DNA of 64,000 bases from an uncultured Dehalococcoidia bacterium (GTDB lineage Bacteria > Chloroflexota > Dehalococcoidia > DSTF01 > JACRBR01): contig CAYWOO010000056.1 of assembly GCA_964458665.1 (NCBI GenBank), positions 10,821-74,820 on the forward strand. The letters are read 5' to 3'. The translations under genes were made by a program, and so were the position numbers. The notes under the pieces are model-generated. The model made no database searches. It was not told the DNA's origin and was given only the letters and a program-made list of their open reading frames with translations. Below, in pieces: positions 22,183 to 29,087 of the stretch. Each line of letters begins with the position of its first letter. The stretch's first letter is position 1.

Positions 22183-22601
22183 ATGAATACGCCCTTACCC
22201 GAATACTCGAAAGTGATCTGCTATGTCGTGCGCCGAGATCGTGTCTTGGCGTTCAGGCATCGTGACCATCCTGAGGCTGGCGTGCAGGTCCCGGCCGGGA
22301 CGATCGAACCCGGTGAGGCGAGGTGGACTATCGATTCGACTATCCGCCGCGACTCGAACTGCACCACCGGCATTTCTTCCAGTTGCGGATTGCTACCGCT
22401 GACGAAGGTTGGTCGCACTTCGCTGAGGGCCAGTTCTGGTTCGATTTCGAGTGGTTGCCGCTGGACCCGGCACGCAGAGTTCGGAGCCCAGCAGGGCGCG
22501 CTCTTGCATCTCGTGCGCCCGGCTACGTAGTGCTGCTTCCGAGCCCGGCGACTGGCTGCTACGCTTGCGTGGCCCACGAGATACGAGAGGACTCTTCATG
22601 A
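22183..22601 (+). pseudogene. NUDIX-hydrolase-like gene remnant (frameshift; Nudix box not intact)
   Basis: N-terminus MNTPLPEYSKVICYVVRRDRVLAFRH...VPAGTIEPGE in one frame. The C-terminus VDYRFDYPPRLELHHRHFFQLRIATADEGW... follows in the +1 frame, ending in an ATGA overlap with the next gene. Confidence 0.45.
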
Positions 22602-23479
22602 CCATTGCGAAGATCAACGACATCGACATGTACTACGAGGAGCACGGCGACCCGAACGCAGAGCCGTTGCTGCTGATCATGGGGTTCGCGATGAACGCCA
22701 CGTCGTGGGCGCTGCAGATCCCTGCGCTCGCCGAGCGCTATCGCGTGATCGCGTTCGACAGTCGTGGTGTAGGGCGCACGACGCAGCCGGAAGGGCCGTA
22801 TAGCGTGCCGCAGATGGCCGCCGACGCGGCGGCCTTGCTCGACCACATCGGCATCGAGTCGACGCACGTCGTGGGCGCGTCTATGGGCGGCATGATCGCG
22901 CAGGAGTTCGCGCTCAGGCATCCCTCGCGTGTGCGCGGGTTGGTGCTGGCATGCACGACGCCGGGTGGCTCGCACTCGGTCGGCTACGAGGAGATGATGA
23001 CGCAGTCGGCGGAGGGCTTAGCGCTGACCGACCTCTCGGCGATGATGACGCCTGAGGGCGTGAAGGAAGGCATGGACCGCCTCTTCACGGCCGAGTTCCA
23101 AGCGCGTCCGAGCGCCGGTGCCATCCAGATGGGGCTTGCCGGCATGCTGTATCCGCAGACGCTGACCGGCATGAAGGGGCAGCTGGCCGCTGTGCGCGCG
23201 CACGACACGTACGATCGACTGCCGAAGATCACGGCGCCGACCCTGGTTATCGCGGGCGACGCGGATACCTTCGTCCACGCGGGGAACTCGCCGATTCTGG
23301 CGAGCCGCATACGGGGAGCGAAGCTGATCATGATTCCGGGGCAGAAGCACGGCTTCACGGCCGAGAAGCCGGACGAAACAAACAGCGCGATCCTCGATTT
23401 CCTTGCCCAGGCGGAGGCGATGGCGTCCGCGCCGAAGCAGTCGTTGTGGTCGCGGCTGTTCGGCCGCCGCGTGGCGTAG
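22598..23479 (+). CDS. Alpha/beta hydrolase
   Basis: HVVGASMGGMIAQ (GxSxG) and IAGDADTFV motifs. GAGAGGA RBS. Confidence 0.8.
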   Translation: MTIAKINDIDMYYEEHGDPNAEPLLLIMGFAMNATSWALQIPALAERYRVIAFDSRGVGRTTQPEGPYSVPQMAADAAALLDHIGIESTHVVGASMGGMIAQEFALRHPSRVRGLVLACTTPGGSHSVGYEEMMTQSAEGLALTDLSAMMTPEGVKEGMDRLFTAEFQARPSAGAIQMGLAGMLYPQTLTGMKGQLAAVRAHDTYDRLPKITAPTLVIAGDADTFVHAGNSPILASRIRGAKLIMIPGQKHGFTAEKPDETNSAILDFLAQAEAMASAPKQSLWSRLFGRRVA

Positions 23480-23493
23480 AGGGAGTCGGCACC

Positions 23494-24936
23494 ATGCGAG
23501 ATCTCGCTATGCGCGCGCTCGACACCGCGAAGTCGCGCGGTGCGGACTACGCCGATGTGCGGATCGTCCGCTTCAAGTCGGAGAACATCACCGTCCGCAA
23601 CAAGAACGTCGAGGCGCTGACCGCCGACGAGTCGCTCGGATTCGGCGTGCGCGTCATCGTCGATGGCTTCTGGGGCTTCGCCGCCAGCCACAAGATGACC
23701 CTCGATGAAGCCGCCGCCGTCGCTGCCGAAGCCGTCCGCGTGGCGAAGGCGTCCGGCCTTGTACGCGGGCCGCGCGCCGACATCGGCCCGCCGCAGTCCG
23801 TCAGCGGCACGTACCGGACGCCTGTGGTGAAGGATCCCTTCGCCGTGTCGCTCGATGACAAGATCGCCCTGCTGATTCGCGCCAACGAGACGATGAACGC
23901 CGTGCCGAATATCGTCGCCGCGGAGGGAAACATCTACTGCCAGCGCGAGGACAAGATCTTCGCCAGCACCGAGGACGCCTACATCGAGCAGGAGCTCTAC
24001 GAGACCGGCTGCGGTCTCGAGGCGACCGCCGTGGACGAGGGCGAGGTGCAGAACCGCTCGTACCCCAACAGCGTTGGTCGTCATCAAGGCACCGAAGGCT
24101 GGGAGTTCGTCGAGCGCTACGACCTCGCGGGAAACGCGCAGCGGGTCGCCGAAGAGGCGTCCGCGCTGCTGCGTGCAAGAACGATGGAGCCCGGCACTAC
24201 GACGCTCATCCTCGATGGCAGCCAGGTCGCGCTGCAGATCCACGAGTCGTGCGGCCACCCGATCGAGCTGGACCGCGTGCTGGGCACCGAGGCGGCGTTC
24301 GCGGGGATGAGCTTCCTCACGACGGACAAGCTCGGCTCGTTCATGTACGGTTCGCCACTCGTGAACATGACGGCCGACGCGACGATCCCCGGCGGCCTCG
24401 GCACGTTCGGGTTCGACGACGAAGGCGTGCCGGCGCACTCGACGCCGATCGTCCGTGAAGGCCGCTTCCTCGGCTACTTGACATCGCGCGAGACGGCAGC
24501 ATCGCTGGGGCAGCTCAGTCAGGGCGCGATGCGCGCGTCGGGCTGGAATCGCATCCCGCTGATCCGCATGACGAACGTCAGCCTGGAGCCGGGTGAGTGG
24601 ACACTCGCCGACATGATCGCCGATACCGACGACGGTGTGTACATGGAGACGAATCGCAGCTGGAGCATCGACGACAAGCGCTTGAACTTCCAGTTTGGCA
24701 CCGAGATCGGCCGCGAGATCAAGCACGGCAAGCTCGGCGATCTGATCAAGAACCCGACATACACCGGCATCACGCCGCGCTTCTGGGGCAGCTGCGATGC
24801 CATCGGCAATCGCGACGAGTGGGTGGTATGGGGGACGCCAAACTGCGGAAAAGGCCAGCCCGAGCAGGTCGCACACACCGGCCACGGCGCCTCGGCGGCA
24901 CGGTTTCGGAATGTGCAGGTCGGGTTGATGAAGTAG
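23494..24936 (+). CDS. tldD: TldD/PmbA-family metalloprotease (TldD-like)
   Basis: HESCGHPIELDRVLG metal-binding motif and overall TldD layout. GGGAG RBS. Confidence 0.85.
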   Translation: MRDLAMRALDTAKSRGADYADVRIVRFKSENITVRNKNVEALTADESLGFGVRVIVDGFWGFAASHKMTLDEAAAVAAEAVRVAKASGLVRGPRADIGPPQSVSGTYRTPVVKDPFAVSLDDKIALLIRANETMNAVPNIVAAEGNIYCQREDKIFASTEDAYIEQELYETGCGLEATAVDEGEVQNRSYPNSVGRHQGTEGWEFVERYDLAGNAQRVAEEASALLRARTMEPGTTTLILDGSQVALQIHESCGHPIELDRVLGTEAAFAGMSFLTTDKLGSFMYGSPLVNMTADATIPGGLGTFGFDDEGVPAHSTPIVREGRFLGYLTSRETAASLGQLSQGAMRASGWNRIPLIRMTNVSLEPGEWTLADMIADTDDGVYMETNRSWSIDDKRLNFQFGTEIGREIKHGKLGDLIKNPTYTGITPRFWGSCDAIGNRDEWVVWGTPNCGKGQPEQVAHTGHGASAARFRNVQVGLMK

Positions 24937-24942
24937 GGTGGA

Positions 24943-24980
24943 GTCGCTCAGTCTTTCGGTCTTTCGGTCGCTCAGTTTGG
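24943..24980. repeat. Left inverted/direct repeat block flanking the four-helix-bundle cassette
   Basis: GTCGCTCAGTCTTTCGGTCTTTCGGTCGCTCAGTTTGG. Its core CTCAGTCTTTCGGTCT is the reverse complement (15/16) of AGACTGAAAGACTGAG at 25421-25436. Confidence 0.5.
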
Positions 24981-25012
24981 CACGAACGTCGCTGTGGCGT
25001 TGAAGGTGAGCC

Positions 25013-25411
25013 ATGCAGGACTTTCGCAACTTGAAGGTTTGGGAGAAGGCACATCGTCTAACGCTGGACGTCTATAGCGCGACCGAAGCATTTCCATCGA
25101 AGGAACAATACGGACTCACGAGCCAGATTCGGCGGGCGTGCAGCTCGATCCCGGCGAACATCGCTGAGGGCTGCGGACGCATCGGTGACGCCGAGTTGGT
25201 GCGCTTCCTTGCGATCGCGATGGGCTCCGCGAGCGAACTGGAGTATCATCTGCTTCTGAGCCGCGACCTGCACTTCTTGGAACGTGATGCGCACGACCGT
25301 TTGTCGGACGAAGCACGAGCTGTAAAGAGCATGCTTGCATCGCTGATCCGCAAGATCCGTCCGGCGCCGAATCGGCGTGCTCCCGGGTCGGCGGACGCGC
25401 CCCCTGACTGA
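25013..25411 (+). CDS. Four-helix-bundle protein (the family formerly called 23S rRNA intervening-sequence protein)
   Basis: MQDFRNLKVWEKAHRLTLDVYSATEAFPSKEQYGLTSQIRRACSSIPANIAEG... is the characteristic family signature. Confidence 0.8.
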   Translation: MQDFRNLKVWEKAHRLTLDVYSATEAFPSKEQYGLTSQIRRACSSIPANIAEGCGRIGDAELVRFLAIAMGSASELEYHLLLSRDLHFLERDAHDRLSDEARAVKSMLASLIRKIRPAPNRRAPGSADAPPD

Positions 25412-25442
25412 ACGACAGAGAGACTGAAAGACTGAGAGACCC
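25406..25442. repeat. Right inverted repeat flanking the four-helix-bundle cassette
   Basis: CTGAACGACAGAGAGACTGAAAGACTGAGAGACCC, the reverse complement of the left repeat core. Confidence 0.5.
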
Positions 25443-26282
25443 ATGAAAACCATCGACTTCCACATCCACCCGCCCGGCCCCGGCGGCATGTCCGCTGCCG
25501 ATCAGGCAGAGATGGCCGCGTACTTTCGCGGCGATCCTCCGCCGGCGACGACCGAGGAGATGGCCGACTACTACCAGAAGCTCGATATGTTCGGCGTGCT
25601 GTTCGCCATCGATGCTGAGACGGTGACGGGGCGGCCGCCGGTGCCGAACCAGTACTTCGCTGACTGCATCAAGCGCTGGCCGGAGACGTTCACAGCGTTC
25701 GGCAACGTCGATCCGTGGAAAGGCGCGGCGGCGGTACGTGAGGCGCAGAACGTGAAGGATCTCGGCCTGAAGGGGCTAAAGTTTCACCCGTCGACGCAGC
25801 AGTTTTACCCGAACGATCAGCGCTTCTATCCGCTGTGGGAGAAGGCGCAGGAACTGGGGCTGATCGTGCTGTTCCACGCGGGCACGACGGGCGTCGGCGC
25901 GGGCAAACCGGGCGGTGGCGGTATCAAGCTGGGGTACGCGCGGCCCATCCCGTACATGGACGATGTGGCAGCCGACTTCCCCGAGCTGACGATCGTGATG
26001 GCGCATCCAGCGTGGCCGTGGCAGGAGGAGCAGCTCGCGATGCTCGTCCACAAGCCGAACGTCTACATGGACCTCTCGGGCTGGTCTCCGAAGTACTTCT
26101 CGCCATCGCTGATCGCCTACACCAACAACATGATCAGCGACAAGGTGCTATTTGGCTCCGACTACCCGGCGATCACACCCGAGCGCTGGTTGCGCGACTT
26201 CGAGACAGCGGGGTTTTCGGACGCCGTGAAGCCGAAGATTCTGCGCGAGAACGCGGCCCGTCTGCTAGCGATTGATCCGTAG
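25443..26282 (+). CDS. Amidohydrolase-2 family metal-dependent hydrolase
   Basis: MKTIDFHIHPP..., HPSTQQFYPND, HAGTTG and LFGSDYP TIM-barrel amidohydrolase motifs. Confidence 0.8.
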   Translation: MKTIDFHIHPPGPGGMSAADQAEMAAYFRGDPPPATTEEMADYYQKLDMFGVLFAIDAETVTGRPPVPNQYFADCIKRWPETFTAFGNVDPWKGAAAVREAQNVKDLGLKGLKFHPSTQQFYPNDQRFYPLWEKAQELGLIVLFHAGTTGVGAGKPGGGGIKLGYARPIPYMDDVAADFPELTIVMAHPAWPWQEEQLAMLVHKPNVYMDLSGWSPKYFSPSLIAYTNNMISDKVLFGSDYPAITPERWLRDFETAGFSDAVKPKILRENAARLLAIDP

Positions 26283-26432
26283 GAGCGGCCCTGTGTGGCC
26301 GCCCGTGCGGTCTCGATGCTCGTTCCAGAGGCGCAAGGCGCCGCCGCGCCCGCGCCGGGGAACCGCCGAACAAATGCAAACAGCGCCGATTGGATGGCGC
26401 TGTTTGGTCCGAGGATATCGTGAGGTGGCTAA

Positions 26433-26636
26433 CTACGCCGCGACGGGGCGCTTCGTCAGCGCTCGCCGGCGCCGGCGTGCAGCCTTGGCGCGTGCGATAC
26501 GACGACGTTCGCTCTTGGGGATGAAGTGGCGCCGCTGCTTGATCTCGCGCAGGATGCCGTCGCGCTGTACTGCCTGGCGAAAGCGCGTCAGCAGGTGCTC
26601 GCCTGACTCGCCGTCTCGAAGGTCTACTGCCGTCAT
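26433..26636 (-). CDS. rpsU: 30S ribosomal protein S21
   Basis: 67 aa, LLTRFRQAVQRDGILREIKQRRHFIPKSERRRIARAKAARRRRR. Confidence 0.85.
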   Translation of the reverse strand: MTAVDLRDGESGEHLLTRFRQAVQRDGILREIKQRRHFIPKSERRRIARAKAARRRRRALTKRPVAA

Positions 26637-26672
26637 GAACGCTCCGTTTCGCTCGCGCTGCCGCGAGTCCGA

Positions 26673-27230
26673 CTATTCGGCCGCTCGCGTCGCGACTGTT
26701 GCTCCACTGCCGTTAAGGGTGATGCCATTCTTTTTGTGCCAGCCGCCATCGCCGGCCCAGAGCGTGCGAATGGCGTCCCACTTCTCCTGTTTCGCGACCT
26801 CCAGCGTATGAAGCTGTTCGCGCACCAGGCTCTTCGAGCCGCCGCGTAGGGACGCGATCTGGCGCCCGATGTCCGCGATCTCGGCGAGCAAGCGCTCGTG
26901 CTCGCCTGCGCGCCAGCCGGGTGGAACGAGATCCGTCTCGGCGCGCGTGGCATCCATGGGTTCGCCCTGGCCCGCCTTGCGGAAGATCAGCTTGCGTTTG
27001 CCGGCCTCAAGCGTGCAGTCCACGGTGATGCCCCAGAGGTCGCGCGTGACCGTATCGGACACAGCGAGGACGATGCGTTCTTCGTAGCGGTAGGTGATGT
27101 CTTGTTCGATGGGTTCGTCGACGATGAAGCGGTAGTTGCCCTGGATGGTGCTGAGACGGAGGCATCGGTCGGCGGCGGCGCGAGACAGGAGATTGTTCAG
27201 TGCCTCGCAAGCTGCTTCAGTCACATGCAC
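26673..27230 (-). CDS. Hypothetical protein, weak HesB/IscA-like N-terminal pattern without the Cys motif
   Basis: GGAGG RBS 13 nt upstream. MHVTEAACEALNNLL...LRLSTIQGNYRFIVDE... Cotranscribed with rpsU. Confidence 0.6.
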   Translation of the reverse strand: MHVTEAACEALNNLLSRAAADRCLRLSTIQGNYRFIVDEPIEQDITYRYEERIVLAVSDTVTRDLWGITVDCTLEAGKRKLIFRKAGQGEPMDATRAETDLVPPGWRAGEHERLLAEIADIGRQIASLRGGSKSLVREQLHTLEVAKQEKWDAIRTLWAGDGGWHKKNGITLNGSGATVATRAAE

Positions 27231-27347
27231 GCCGACGAACCTCCATCCGCATCCGGCGGCGCCGCAACACGCGCACCGCTCGCCAATCCGCCTGTAGCGA
27301 ACCCGTATCTAACAGGAGACGTCCCTGAGGCAACTCCGGGATCGAAA

Positions 27348-27376
27348 CGATAACAGACTTGCCGCCGATTTGCAAT
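27348..27376 (-). promoter_or_regulatory. Sigma70-like promoter (TTGCAA-17 nt-TATCGT) for the hypothetical-rpsU operon
   Basis: Minus-strand reading TTGCAAATCGGCGGCAAGTCTGTTATCGT, about 120 nt upstream of the ATG at 27230. Confidence 0.4.
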
Positions 27377-27433
27377 CTGTAACTTGCCATAAAGGGGTGG
27401 AAATTCGCCGTTTCCGCACACCCTCTGAGCGAA

Positions 27434-27447
27434 GCCAAATATTTGGC
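27434..27447. promoter_or_regulatory. Perfect AT-rich 14-bp palindrome GCCAAATATTTGGC flanked by CTGAGCG direct repeats (candidate operator)
   Basis: Visible in the + strand. Unusually AT-rich for this genome and placed upstream of the promoter. Confidence 0.35.
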
Positions 27448-27533
27448 CGGCTGAGCGAGACCCTTCGCTAACGCTCAGGAAGACAGCGGTCCGTCAGGGA
27501 CACAGCGAACCGCGTGTCGAACTACGAACTCCG

Positions 27534-27998
27534 TCACCACTCATCGACTGCATCACGACGCGCCGGGCGCAGGATGGCGCGATCCGCCCAGGTGCCGAGG
27601 GTTGTGCTTGTGAGCGAGATGACGAGCGCGCCAAGGAACGCGGCCCAGAAGCCGTCCACCTCGAACGCCAGGTCGAAGAGCCCGGCGATCCACGCCGTCA
27701 GCGCCAGCATCAGTGTGTTGACGATCAGCGCGAAGAAGCCGAGCGTGGTGCAGGTCAGCGCGCACGACAGCATCGAGACGATGGGCTTGAGGAACGCGTT
27801 GACGGTGCCGAAGATGGCCGCGCCGAAGATGAGCGCCGGCACGCTATCGATATCGAACCCGCGAATGACCAGCTGCGAGAACCAGAGCGCGGCGACGGTG
27901 ATGACAAAACGGACCGTTAGCCCGAGCGCGCCGAACTGCTCGGCCTCTGGCCCCTTCCATTGGACGAAGAAGACGCTGCCTTCGCGACCGAAGCGCAC
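27534..27998 (-). CDS. Phage-holin-4/DUF360-family membrane protein
   Basis: Four TM segments. ...LMLALTAWIAGLFDLAFEVDGFWAAFLGALVISL... matches PF04020-like proteins. Start uncertain. Confidence 0.6.
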   Translation of the reverse strand: MRFGREGSVFFVQWKGPEAEQFGALGLTVRFVITVAALWFSQLVIRGFDIDSVPALIFGAAIFGTVNAFLKPIVSMLSCALTCTTLGFFALIVNTLMLALTAWIAGLFDLAFEVDGFWAAFLGALVISLTSTTLGTWADRAILRPARRDAVDEW

Positions 27999-28010
27999 GT
28001 ACCCGCCGTC

Positions 28011-28391
28011 CTAGCTCTTCTTGCCGCGGCGCAACTTCAGTTTGCGCAGCAGCCGCTTGTAGCGCTGGTCGCGCGCCGCCACGTGTACGGCCGCCTCGAT
28101 GTCCGCCGCCGTCAGCGAGGCAAATGCCTGGCCGGCGCTCATGCCGCGCTTCGTCTTGCGCGAGATCGCCACGGCAGCCATCAGCGTCGCAGCGCTCGAT
28201 ACGACCGCCACTGCGCCCGCGTACGCCTTGTAGTGGCCCTTCAGTTCGGGGAACTTCGCCACTGCGCGGTGAGCAAGGTTCAGCGTGCGGTGCGTTTCCG
28301 CATCGACCGGCTCACCCTCGGCCACCGCGCCCCAATCGAAGTCATCTTCGATCTGGTCGGGGTGCCGTACGTCGTCCGCCTTCACTGCCAT
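28011..28391 (-). CDS. Hypothetical small protein with central hydrophobic segment and KR-rich C-terminal tail
   Basis: GGGAGG RBS 7 nt upstream of ATG. 126 aa. Confidence 0.55.
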   Translation of the reverse strand: MAVKADDVRHPDQIEDDFDWGAVAEGEPVDAETHRTLNLAHRAVAKFPELKGHYKAYAGAVAVVSSAATLMAAVAISRKTKRGMSAGQAFASLTAADIEAAVHVAARDQRYKRLLRKLKLRRGKKS

Positions 28392-28483
28392 GTGCCCGCC
28401 TCCCTTCGCGGAGACCCCCGACTGCCCCGGGGGCGAGGCCGCACGCTTCTACGTTGTTTGTTCGCCCAATGGCGCCGTCCGAA

Positions 28484-28966
28484 TCAACCCTCGGCCAGGC
28501 GCCGCATTGTGTGCACCATTTCGATGGCCGTGAGTGCGGCATCGCGGCCTTTGTGCCCGGCGCTGCCGCCCACGCGATCCATCGCTTGCTCCTCGTTATC
28601 CGTCGTCAGCACGCCGAAGATCACGGGCACGCCCGTGTCCAGTGCCGCCCGCTGAAGGCCGCTCGCCGTCTCCGACGACACGAACTCGAAGTGCGGCGTG
28701 TCTCCTCGGATGACCGCGCCCAAGCACACCACCGCGTCGAAATGCCCGCTGCCAGCCAGCTGCTTTGCGACGATCGGCAACTCGAAGCAACCCGGCACTT
28801 CAATTGCGGTCAGCGTTTCGAGATCCAGACCTCGCGCACCTAACTCCTCACGACAGCCATCGTACAACCTGCTTGTTACGTGGGCGTTAAAGCGCGCCAC
28901 GACCACGGCCAGCCGCAGGCCGACCGCATCAAGCCCGCCCTCGAAGCTGAGTCCGCCCTTCGCCAA
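28484..28966 (-). CDS. ribH: 6,7-dimethyl-8-ribityllumazine synthase
   Basis: RLAVVVARFN...GAVIRGDTPHFEFV...TTDNEEQA lumazine synthase motifs. Confidence 0.9.
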   Translation of the reverse strand: MAKGGLSFEGGLDAVGLRLAVVVARFNAHVTSRLYDGCREELGARGLDLETLTAIEVPGCFELPIVAKQLAGSGHFDAVVCLGAVIRGDTPHFEFVSSETASGLQRAALDTGVPVIFGVLTTDNEEQAMDRVGGSAGHKGRDAALTAIEMVHTMRRLAEG

Positions 28967-29087
28967 TGATCCTCCCGGGATACGGCCAGTCCACCGAATC
29001 CGGCACGTTCATCATCGCGCCGAGGCCGCGCAAGCGACATGGTACGTATGGACTATCTTGAGGCGCCGGGCCGGGAATGGGGCGAAG

